Origin: an uncultured Methanosarcinaceae archaeon
GTDB lineage: Archaea; Halobacteriota; Methanosarcinia; Methanosarcinales; Methanosarcinaceae
NCBI GenBank assembly: GCA_963721455.1
Contig: CAVRJG010000017.1
Span: 1-60,921 of the forward strand
Length of the DNA: 60,921 nt
Direction: 5' to 3'
This document shows, one piece after another, positions 52,201-60,921 of the stretch. Within the stretch, counting starts at the first letter, position 1, and the number at the start of each line of letters is the position of its first letter. Under the pieces are notes generated by a model. The model had not been told where the DNA came from. It searched no databases and saw only the letters and a list, made by a program, of their open reading frames with translations. A program made the position numbers and the translations under genes.

Positions 52201-52473
52201 AGCCCGAACGTCATCGACATGATGCGCAGGGACGAAGTCGACCTGATCATAAACACCCCCACAAGCAAGCAGTCGCGTAAGGACGGCTCCAGGATCAGAC
52301 GGGCAGCCGTGGACTTCAAGGTCCCCTACATCACCACAATCCAGGCAGCAATTGCTGCAGCCGATGCTATAGAGACCATGAAGAAAGGACAGGGCCTTAC
52401 GATCAAATCCATCAACGAGTACCATAAAGAGATGGAGCAGGAAAGCAAAACCGAACTGGCAAAAACAGAGTGA
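49231..52473 (+). CDS. carB: Carbamoyl-phosphate synthase large subunit
   Basis: MPKREDIKK..GSGPITIGQAAEFDFSG, duplicated ATP-grasp domains, C-terminal MGS domain. Confidence 0.98.
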   Translation: MPKREDIKKVLLIGSGPITIGQAAEFDFSGSQACRSLKEEGIQVVLVNSNPATIMTDPEMADSVYIEPLDARIVERIIEKERPDGIIAGIGGQTGLNITSELAEMGVFEKYGVQILGTPIEAIKNTEDRELFKETMLRIGEKVPLSRAVHTLKEAEEVVGELGLPLIIRPAYTLGGAGGGIARTKEELLEITERGLRRSRISQVLIEESVLGWAEVEYEVMRDANDTCIVICNMENIDPMGVHTGESAVVAPSQTMSDAEHQMLRSASIKIIRALKIEGGCNIQYALKEGDYRIVEVNPRVSRSSALASKATGYPIARVTAKIAIGMTLDEIINNVTKSTPASFEPALDYVITKIPRWPFDKFTTADKTLTTAMKSTGEVMAIGRTIEESLLKAFKSLDIDSQLGIKHWEDPEIKTLLKTPTSERLFVIFHALERGMSVKEIAELSSINPFFISKMKNIVDMEKRIRAEELTPEFLREAKRMGLPDTRLAELTGKTMQEISDLRHAAGIVATFKMVDTCAAEFEAATPYYYSTYEDSCETKPSDRKKILILGAGPIRIGQGIEFDYCTVHAVTALREEGIETHIINNNPETVSTDFDTSDKLFFEPLTLEYVMNVIERERPDGVLVQFGGQTSVNLALPLKRELKRRTDLNTVIMGTAPEDMDLAEDREKFYLLMKKLGVPQPEGGYATSQQEAIEVAKRIGFPVLVRPSYVLGGRAMEIVYDEIDLERYMKEAVRVSPEHPILIDDFLEAACEIDVDAVCDQKDVLIGAIMEHIEEAGIHSGDSACVIPPQSLSPEVLDQVRDYTRRIALGLRVKGLINLQMAEKYGKVYVLEANPRSSRTIPFVSKAVGIPLAKIAAKVIAGHSLKSLGYTDEPKPKHVSIKEVLLPFDKLPGADPVLGPEMKSTGEVMGIDYDFGRAYYKAELAADNLLPLTGKVFLSIRNADKPELVEVAKKLQAAGLELMGTRGTVNHLAEHGIFMDTVKKIHDGSPNVIDMMRRDEVDLIINTPTSKQSRKDGSRIRRAAVDFKVPYITTIQAAIAAADAIETMKKGQGLTIKSINEYHKEMEQESKTELAKTE

Positions 52474-52550
52474 AAAGCCGGAAAGCCCTGAACCAGAGTG
52501 TTGCGCAGATATCCTGAACAGGAGAGGATGGCTTTTCTGCCATCTTCATG

Positions 52551-52618
52551 CATTTATTTCAATCCGGAATTCATTTATTTCACTCAGGAATTCATTTATT
52601 TCAATCCGGAATTCATTT
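52551..52618. repeat. Tandem repeat, 21-bp unit CATTTATTTCAATCCGGAATT x3
   Basis: Directly visible between carB and argG; middle copy has two substitutions. Confidence 0.85.
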
Positions 52619-52671
52619 CAAATTTCACTTTTATTTGTTTTAATCCATAAGTTACAAGGGGTAGTAGAAAC

Positions 52672-53860
52672 ATGGCAAAGAAAGTTGCACTTGCATATTC
52701 AGGAGGGCTTGACACCTCGGTGTGCATTCCCATCCTCAAGGAAAAGTACGGGTACGACGAAGTAATCACGATCTCGGTCGATGTAGGCCAGCCTGAAGAA
52801 GAGATCAGGAAGGCTGACGTAAAAGCCGAGAAGATCAGCAACAAGCACTACACGATCGATGCAAAGGAAGAGTTCGTAAACGATTACATCTTCCCCCTGA
52901 TCAAAGCCAACGGAAACTACGAAGGCTACGTTATGGGCACATCGGTCGCCCGCCCGCTGATCGCCAAGAAAGTGGTGGAAGCTGCCATAAAAGAAGGCGC
53001 AGTTGCCCTTGCCCACGGCTGCACAGGAAAAGGCAATGACCAGCTCCGTTTTGAAGCCGTTTTCCGCCAGACCGATATGGACGTTATCGCCCCTATGCGG
53101 GAGATGAACCTGACCCGCGAATGGGAAATCAATTACGCAAAAGAGCACGGAATCCCAGTCGAAGCCACGAAATCCAAACCCTGGAGCGTTGACGAAAACA
53201 TCTGGAGCCGCAGTATCGAAGGCGGCAGGCTTGAAGACCCTTCCTTTGTCCCGCCGGAAGAGATCTACGAGTGGACCAAATCCCCGGAAAATGCCCCTGA
53301 CCAGCCCAGGATCCTTGACATCGCCTTTGAAGCAGGAGTCCCAATTTCCCTTGACGGCGAAAAACTCGGCGGCTATGCCCTTATCAAGAAGCTGAACGGG
53401 ATTGCAGGCGAAAACGGAGTCGGCAGGACAGATATGATCGAAGACCGCGTCCTTGGCCTTAAAAGCCCGCGAGAACTACGAGCACCCGGCTGCAACCGTC
53501 CTCCTTGCCGCCCACGCAGACCTTGAAAAACTCATCCTGACCCGCGGCGAACTGAAGTTCAAGAAGATCGTTGAAGAGCAGTGGTCCGAAATGGCATACG
53601 GCGGCCTTGTCGACGACCCCCTCTTTGCCGACCTCAACGCCTTTATCGACAAGTCCCAGGAAAGGGTCACAGGCACAGTGAAAGTGAAGCTCTACAAAGG
53701 CGCCCTCACGATCCTTGCCCGCAGCTCGCCGAATGCGCTCTATTCCGAGGATCTGGTTTCGTTTGACAGCCAGACCATTGACCAGAAGGATGCAGAAGGG
53801 TTTGCGAAGTATCACGGGTTCCAGGCAAGGATGTACAGGAAAGTTATGGATAAGAAATAA
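52672..53860 (+). CDS. argG: Argininosuccinate synthase (one +1 frameshift at 53461-53464)
   Basis: [22 protein letters not shown] and DENIW; CTT-AAAA-GCC has one extra A, and removing it restores [11 protein letters not shown]. Confidence 0.95.
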
Positions 53861-54177
53861 AGTTGGTTAATTTTGTCTGTTCCTTTTAGAGGAGCAGGCT
53901 TCTCTTTTCCTATTTCTTTATCTTTGGCCCTTTATTCTATTTCTTTTTTTCAGTTGAATTCTGAAGCCGTTAGTCAATGTTTTTGTTTTAGGTAGCCGAG
54001 GCACTCACCGTTCGGCGAAGACGAACGGCCTTTCCTGAATAACTGATTAAAAATTGAGAATAATACATAAACAAAATCTCAAAAATAATTTGTAAACTTT
54101 TACAAACAAGAGAAGAACGTGAAAAATGAGAATAGTTTATAAATTTTGATGTGTAAAGGAGTTATTGGTGTAGAAAG

Positions 54178-57100
54178 TTGGAAATAAACCAAAAAGAAAT
54201 CTTTAAGGATCTCTATAGCAGTGATTTAAGTAAACAAAAAAATTCGTTATGTCAAGTAAGTGAACATTTTGAATCATTTTATGATCAACAAAATGCATGG
54301 AAAAGTCTACTTGAACTAGCTACATCGGAGAAAAAATCCTCAAAAATTAATGGAATAAATTTACTTGGATTAGTTTTTCCTTATGTTCCAAATAAAGAGC
54401 AAGCATGGGATGATTTGCATAAGCTCACCTATAGTGAAGATATTCTGCTAAAATGGTGTTTACTTAAGGCAATTAGATTTTCATTTTCTTTTATACCTGA
54501 TAAACAGCAAGCTTGGGAAGATTTAGTTAGATTAGGAATTGATAATAATAAAGATGTTCGAATGAGAGCATCATATTTATTAGGATCTGTGTTTCCCAGT
54601 GTTCCAAATAAACAACAAGCATGGGAAGACCTTATAAGATTGATATTTGAAGGAAATGTAGATATCCACAAAAATGTAAGACATGTACTTATTTTTTCTA
54701 TTCAGCATGTTCCTGACAAAAAAAAGATTTGGAATGATTTTATTAGAGTTTTGAAGAATGATAATGTGGAGATTCAACGCCTTGCTGTATCGGCAATAAG
54801 TTCTATTTTTCCGTTTGTTCCTGATAAACAAAAAGCATGGCGAGATTTACTTAATATCATAAACGATAAAAATTCTGAGATTCAATTACGAGCTTCATAT
54901 TTTCTCGGCTCAGCTCATTCATACGTAAGTGATGAGCAAAATGCTTGGAATGAACTATTGAAAAAGTTACATAATGAAAAAACTCATGTTCGAAAAGCTG
55001 ATGTTCATTCAATTGTTTTAGCATTTCCACATCATCCAGAAAGGCAAAATGCATGGAATGACTTAGTCAGACTTATAGTAATCGAGGATGAAGATATAAA
55101 AAGGCGTATATCGTATATATTAGGTGCTATTTTTTGTCATGTTCCTGATAAAGAAAGGGCGTGGGAAGATTTAGTCAAATTGACAAAAGTAAACAACGGT
55201 TTTGTGAGAGAGAATGTAACAGATTTATTTTTCTTCGCTCTTCGATTTGTAAAAGATAAGCAAAAAGTATGGCGAGACTTGATCAAACTAACTTCACATG
55301 AAAGCCATTATGTAAGAACTATGGTAATAGGACATTTATGTTATGTTTTTCCTGACTTATCGGATAAAAAAAAGGCATGTGAAGATTTAAGGCGATTGAC
55401 TTATAATGAAAATTTTGACGTTCGAAGAGAAGCACTATCTTCTATTATTTCTATTTTTTCCGTTGTCCCTGACAAACAGCAATTTTGGGAAGACTTACAC
55501 AGACTCACTTTAGATGAAGAAAAAGTGTACGTGCAAAGGCAGCAGAAGGTTTGGGAATTGTTTTTCAACATATTCCCGATAAAGAACAGGCGTGGGAAGA
55601 CTTACACAGACTCACTTTAGATGAAGAAAAAAGTGTATGTGCAAAGGCAGCAGAAGGTTTGGGAATTGTTTTTCAATATATTCCTGACAAAGAACAGGCG
55701 TGGGAAGACTTACACAGACTCACTTCAGATGAAGAAAAAAGTGTACGTGAGAAGGCAGCAAAAGGTTTGGGAATTGTTTTTCAATACATTCCTGATAAAG
55801 AACAGGCGTGGGAAGACTTACACAAACTCACTTCAGATGAAGACAAGCATATGAGATTAAGTGTAGCAGGAGCACTTAGTACTGCTTTTCGATATATTCC
55901 TGATAAACAGCAGGCATGGGAAGATTTAGTCAGATTCACTTCAGATAAAGACAGCTACATAATACGATGGAGAGTAGCAGAAGCACTTGGAACTGCTTTT
56001 CAATATATTCCTGATAAAGAACAGGCGTGGGAAGACTTACACAAACTCACTTCAGATAAAAACAGTGATGTGAGATGGAGTATAGCAAAAACATTTGGAA
56101 CCTTTTTTCAATATGTTCCCAATAAACAGCAGGCATGGGAAGATTTAATCATACTGACTACAGACAAAAACAGAGATGTGAAATTGAGTGTAGCAGAATT
56201 ACTTGGAACTGTTTTTCAACACACTCCTGATAAACAACAAGCATGGGAAGATTTACACAGACTCACTTTAGATAAAGACAGCTACATGCGATGGAGGGTA
56301 GCAGGAGCATTTGGAACTGTTTTTCAATATATTCCTGATAAAGAACAGGCTTGGGAAGACTTACACAAACTCACTTCAGATGAAGACAGAGATGTGAGAG
56401 TTAACGCGTATCATTCATCGGGAAGAATTTCTATATATGAAGCTTCTGAATCTGATGATGAAGAAGCATACTTAGAAAAACTGAATAAGGCAATAGAATT
56501 TTTTGAAAAAGCAACTAAAGAACCTATGAAGGCTAATCCTTCTAAATTTTGTTTTCAATTTTACCGTTCATTTTACATAATAATTTCTGCCAAAAAACAA
56601 GAAGCAAAAGATGAAGTTGCAGAATTCCTTTTAGAAGCAAAAAAAGAGATAGGTAGATCAGAAAATAAAAAATTGCTTCTCAATGCGATTGAAAATCTTG
56701 CAAATGCACTAAAAGAAGTCCAGAACCTTGAAAATATGGACTTAACGGCTAAAAAAGGAGAGCTTAATTTTTACAGGAAATACTGCGAACAAGCTACGGA
56801 GTTGATGAAAAATACCGAAGAAAAAGCACCTTTTGCGACAGCTACAGTGAGAAAAGGGCTTCCCTTCCTGCATCGAAAAATAAAATCTCTCGTCAACGAA
56901 ATCCAAGAAAAATCAAAAATCGCATGTAAAGAATCTAAAGGCACAGATACGGAAAAAATCGCATGCGATGTCAGTAGAGAAGTTCAGAAGTGGGAAATTG
57001 GTAGTCCAGAAGAAGTGACATTATATGTAGAGAGTTTTATTTCCACTTTAGAATCAAAAATCCCAAGACTTCCAGAAAACGAACGTATTTTTAAAATGAT

Positions 57101-58053
57101 TAACGAGAGCAAAGATCAAAAAAATCTTAAAAAATTGCTTAAAAATACGTCAGAGTTGATAGAAATAATACCGCAAATAACCATTGACCCTGAGAGAATA
57201 AAACCTACAATTGGAATTATTACTGCCTTACCGAAAGAATATGCAGCATTTAATATTTTACTGAAAAATAAAAATGACAAATATAAGGTCCCAGGCTTTG
57301 GAGCAGGTAGGAGGTATTGCTTAGGAGAAATACTTACCGAAGAAGGAAATAAACACAACTTGGTTTTAGTAATAGTAGGTATGGGTAATAATATTGCTGC
57401 AACAAGGGCTTCCCTTCTTCTTGAACACTTCCCAAATATAAAATCAATTATCATGGTTGGTATAGCTGGCGGGGTTCCAAATCCAAATAAAGTCGATGAC
57501 CACGTTCGCCTGGGAGACATAGTTGTGTCAAATGAAAATGGGGTCATCCAGTATGACTTCATAAAACAAGAGATTAGAGAGATTACACATAGAAATCCCC
57601 CAAGGCCCCCAACAAATCCAAATAAAGTCGATGACCACGTTCGCCTGGGAGACATAGTTGTGTCAAATGAAAATGGGGTCATCCAGTATGACTTCATAAA
57701 ACAAGAGATTAGAGAGATTACACATAGAAATCCCCCAAGGCCCCCAAGTGCCAGTTTGCTAGAGGCAGTAAGATATCTTGAAGCCGAAGAAATTCTTGGA
57801 GGTCGCCCATGGGACAAATATATCGATCAGTCTCTTTCTGTACTTAAAACTACTCGTCCATCTGAGGATAAAGACACTCTCTATAGTCTCGACAACCAAG
57901 AAGAAGTAATACAACATCCTGAAGACTCCAAAAGAATAAAAGATCAACCCCGTGTCTTTATTGGACCCATCGCTTCAGCAAACATACTTCAAAAAGATCC
58001 AAAAGCAAGGGATGAATTACGGAATAACTTCAAAGTCAAAGCTATTGAAATGG
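54178..58053 (+). CDS. HEAT-repeat protein fused to a C-terminal PNP/MTA-SAH nucleosidase domain; one -1 frameshift near 55520; 3' end cut by the junction
   Basis: About 18-19 39-aa [10 protein letters not shown] repeats over ORFs 54178-55620 and 55551-; A5 at ~55520 versus A6 in the next repeat; [35 protein letters not shown] and AIEM nucleosidase motifs. Confidence 0.85.
57478..57747 (+). repeat. Exact 135-bp in-frame tandem duplication (57478-57612, 57613-57747)
   Basis: 45-aa [13 protein letters not shown]...NPPRPP appears twice. Confidence 0.93.
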
Positions 58054-58787
58054 TCGCGGCCTGGCCCTGGAACACATTGGCCTTGCCGAGAAACGTGGAG
58101 ACAAAGCGGCCATTGGGATGCTCATACATGTCGAAGGGCCGCCGTACTGCTCGATCCGCCCCATGTTCATCACCGCCACGCGGTCCGCCAGCTCATCGCC
58201 TCGGCCTGGTCGTGCGTCACCATCACGGTGGTGATCCCGACGCGCCGCTGCAGGGCGCGCATCTCGATCTGCATGTCGTCGCGCAGCTTGGCGTCGAGCG
58301 CGCCCATCGGCTCGTCGAGCAGCAGGATCGGCGGCCGGATCACCAGCGCCCGGGCCAGCGCGACGCGCTGCTGCTGGCCGCCCGACAGCTCGCGCGGCTG
58401 GCGGTGCGCCAGCGTCTCGAGGCGCACCAGGTCCAGCGCCTGCGTCGACCCGCTGCGAGCTCGCCGGCGGCGCGCGCCGCATCTCCAGCCCGAACGCCAC
58501 GTTCTCGGCCACGTTCATGTGCGGAAACAGCGCGTAGTTCTGGAACACGATGCCCACGCCCCGCTCGCGCGGCGGCAGCGCCGTGATATCCGGCCGTCGA
58601 GCAGCACGCGGCCGGCGCTCGCCTCCGCCAAGCCCGCCATCATCCGCAGCGTCGTCGTCTTGCCGCAGCCCGAGGGCCCGAGCAGGCCGACGAACTCGCC
58701 CGGGGCGACGGTGAGCGAAACCTCGGCCACCGCCGGCGGGGCGTCGCCGTAGCGCTTGGCGAGCCCCTGCAATTCGAGAAAGGCCAC
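58054..58787 (-). CDS. ABC transporter ATP-binding protein (PotA/FbpC-like), frameshifted and 3'-truncated
   Basis: [42 protein letters not shown] and VTHDQ in different frames; GTG at 58787. Confidence 0.88.
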
Positions 58788-58800
58788 GGCGTGCGTCCGA

Positions 58801-59811
58801 TCAGCGCTCGTCCGCGCGGGTCTAGCGCGCCGTCCACTCGGCGCGCTTGGCGTTGACACGCGTAGGGCGCGGTGGGCACGTTCACCTTGTCGGGTCCGAA
58901 CACCAACTTCTCGGCGACATCCGGTGCGATCTTCGAGTTGCGGTTCACGGGTCCCCAGCCGACGGACGTTCGCCAGCGGCGGCCTGGGTCTCGGCCGCGA
59001 CGATGACTCCACGAAGCTCCTGCTGCGCAGCTTGGGTTGCGGGCACGCCCTCCACCACGCAGCCGGCCACCATGGTCGCCACCGCACCTTCCTTCGGATA
59101 GACGAAGTCGACGGCGCGCCCTGGTCCATCACGGCCTGCACCCGGCCGTTGCCAGACGGCCAGCCGCGGCCTCGCCGGTCTGCAGCATCGGCGATCTTGC
59201 CGGGCGAGGGCTCCCAGGCGAGCACGTTGGGTGCGACCTCCTCGGCCATGACATCGAATCCGGGGTTGATGTCTTCGTCGCCGCCGTAGAGCTTGGCCAT
59301 CATCACCAGGGTGAGGAGCCGTCACCGTCGTGATGGGCGGTCACGACCTTCTGCGGTACTTCGGGTCGTCAGGTCGTTCCACGAGGTCGGCGCCTTCCAG
59401 TCGTACGCGCGAACGCCTCCTTGTTGTAGGCCAGTCCAGTCGCGATGAAGCCGATGCCCGCGGTCTAGCCGCCGCCTGCGCGCGGTCGGGTACAGCTCCT
59501 CATCGCGCCCGCGTCCTCGACTTTCGCGCCAGGCCCTCACCGACCGCCTGGTACATCGGGCCGTCGTCGATCATGGCGACCGAGAGTCCTTCCGGTCTTT
59601 TGCGCCTGCAGCTTCGCCAGGATGTCGGTCGAGTTGCCGCTGGCGTACACCTTGGCGCGGTCTTCGCCTCGAATGCCGGGATCAGGTGCTCCTTGAACAG
59701 CTTTTCGGTGGAGCCGCCGCTGCCGCCGACATACAGCGTCGTCTGGGCAGCGCAGGTTCCGAACGCGGCGGCGAGTGCCAGGCCGCTCATGATGCGAAGG
59801 CATGTGGTCAT
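58801..59811 (-). CDS. ABC transporter periplasmic substrate-binding protein (polyamine/Fe family), frameshifted
   Basis: Signal peptide [40 protein letters not shown] and FVYPKEG in several frames. Confidence 0.78.
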
Positions 59812-59932
59812 TGGCTTGTCTCCTGAAGTGGGCCAAAAGGGAAGCAGTCCAGTGGCCCGTGATCCGCAGTGCCCCTGGCTGGAACGCATCGTATGGCGCG
59901 GCCGGGGTGCTGAATAGGTACAAATCGGGCCC

Positions 59933-59955
59933 TGCATATGCTTAAATGTTATGCA
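59933..59955. promoter_or_regulatory. Candidate LysR-type binding site TGCATA-N11-TATGCA
   Basis: Dyad between the divergent SBP and LysR genes. Confidence 0.5.
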
Positions 59956-60902
59956 TGAAATCGGCCCTCAATCTGCGCCACATCGAGGCTTTCCGGGCGG
60001 TGATGCTCACCGGCACCGTCGTCGGCGCGGCCAGGCTGATGAACGTCACGCAGCCAGGCGTCAGCCGCACCATCGCGCTGATGGAGCTGCGGCTCGGCTT
60101 CGCGCTGTTCGAGCGGCGCGGACGCCGCCTGGCGCCCGCCGCCGAAGCCGAATCGCTGTACCGTGAGATCGACCAGCTGTATGCCGGCATCGAACGCATC
60201 GGCCAGGTGGCGCAGGACATCCGGTTCCAGCGCGCCGGCGCTTTGCGCGTGGCGACGCTGCCGGCTCTCGCGCAGTCGGTCGTGCCGCGCGCGATCCACA
60301 ACCTGCTGGCATCGCGCCCGCAAGTGACCGCGTTCGTCCAGAGCCTGCCGTCGCGCCAGATCGCCGAGCTGGTCTCGACCCGCCAGTTCGACGTCGGCGT
60401 GGTGGAACTGCCCCTGTCGCGGCCGGCCATCGTGATCGAGCCCTTGCCGCCGGCGCGTTCCGTGGTGGTGCTGCCGGCCAGGCATCCGCTCGCGTCGCGC
60501 AGCGAGATTTCGGTGAAGGACCTGAACGGCGAGCGCATGGTGCTGCTGTCCCAGCACAGCTATGTGCGCTATCAGATCGACGACGCGTTCTCGACGCTGG
60601 GGGCCGCGCCCAACGTCGTGGTCGAGACACCCAGCTCGTTGATCGCGTCGGCGCTGGTTGCCGCCGGCGCCGGCATCTCGATCGTCTCGGAGTGGACCGC
60701 CGACATGTTCGTGGGCAAGGCGCTGGTGGCGGTGCCGCTGAAGGAACCGCTGATGTCGCGCCACGCCTTGATCTATCCGGAGTCGCGCGCCGACAACTCG
60801 CTTGCCCGCGCGTTTGCCGATGAGGTGCGAGCCGTCATTGCGAGCCGGAGCGATGTCGCTCCGACGGCGCGCGGCAAGCCGCGTGCGACACTGGCGGCAT
60901 GA
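59955..60902 (+). CDS. LysR-family transcriptional regulator
   Basis: LNLRHIEAFRAVM..GTVVGAARLMNVTQPGVSRTI...LGFALFER HTH plus substrate-binding domain. Confidence 0.95.
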   Translation: MKSALNLRHIEAFRAVMLTGTVVGAARLMNVTQPGVSRTIALMELRLGFALFERRGRRLAPAAEAESLYREIDQLYAGIERIGQVAQDIRFQRAGALRVATLPALAQSVVPRAIHNLLASRPQVTAFVQSLPSRQIAELVSTRQFDVGVVELPLSRPAIVIEPLPPARSVVVLPARHPLASRSEISVKDLNGERMVLLSQHSYVRYQIDDAFSTLGAAPNVVVETPSSLIASALVAAGAGISIVSEWTADMFVGKALVAVPLKEPLMSRHALIYPESRADNSLARAFADEVRAVIASRSDVAPTARGKPRATLAA

Positions 60903-60921
60903 GAAGCAAACTGTTCGTCCC

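Larger units (their letters stand above)
58054..60921. other. High-GC bacterial segment joined to archaeal DNA (probable chimera/contaminant)
   Basis: Abrupt switch from AT-rich to GC-rich mid-gene on both sides; bacterial gene set; dense frameshifts. Confidence 0.88.

Noticed and set aside
58054-58586. Arg/Ala/Pro-rich C-terminus of the 1011-aa ORF as a novel domain
   Set aside because: It is read-through into the antisense strand of the foreign ABC ATPase
57952-60764. Many overlapping ORFs in the GC-rich tail
   Set aside because: Expected from stop-codon scarcity at high GC; only the ABC ATPase, SBP and LysR frames carry motifs

Overview
Bases 1 to about 58053 are chromosomal DNA of a methanogenic archaeon. 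Gene content, archaeal tRNA-Glu genes, Lsm and the IS/MITE types point to Methanosarcina (inference). At about 58053 the sequence switches abruptly, mid-gene, to very GC-rich bacterial DNA (ABC transporter plus LysR regulator) with many frameshifts, most likely a chimeric join or contamination. Core genes include iscS/iscU, paaK, a glutamine amidotransferase, mprF, a MATE pump, a PhoU-type regulator, a U32 peptidase-family gene, an acyl-CoA synthetase, an ECF transporter, two tRNA-Glu, Lsm, a DEAD/DEAH helicase, MTA phosphorylase, carA-carB and argG. Mobile DNA includes IS630, IS1634, IS701 and IS1-type elements, at least four MITEs, a decayed tyrosine integrase, a tRNA-Leu 3' fragment and an MCM helicase fragment. 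The best candidate for an uncharacterised system is an AT-rich four-gene operon with overlapping genes (13674 to 6663, minus strand). It encodes a membrane-anchored surface protein, a 1051-aa FtsZ/tubulin-like GTPase with a long helical insert, a multi-TM TRAFAC-type GTPase and a single-pass membrane protein cut by IS1634. The second candidate is a large HEAT-repeat protein fused to a PNP/nucleosidase domain (54178 to about 58053), a possible immune sensor-effector. Single-base indels in homopolymers (argG, HEAT gene) and several frameshifts in iscS suggest long-read errors, so pseudogene calls need caution. No database search was run; family calls come from motif recognition.
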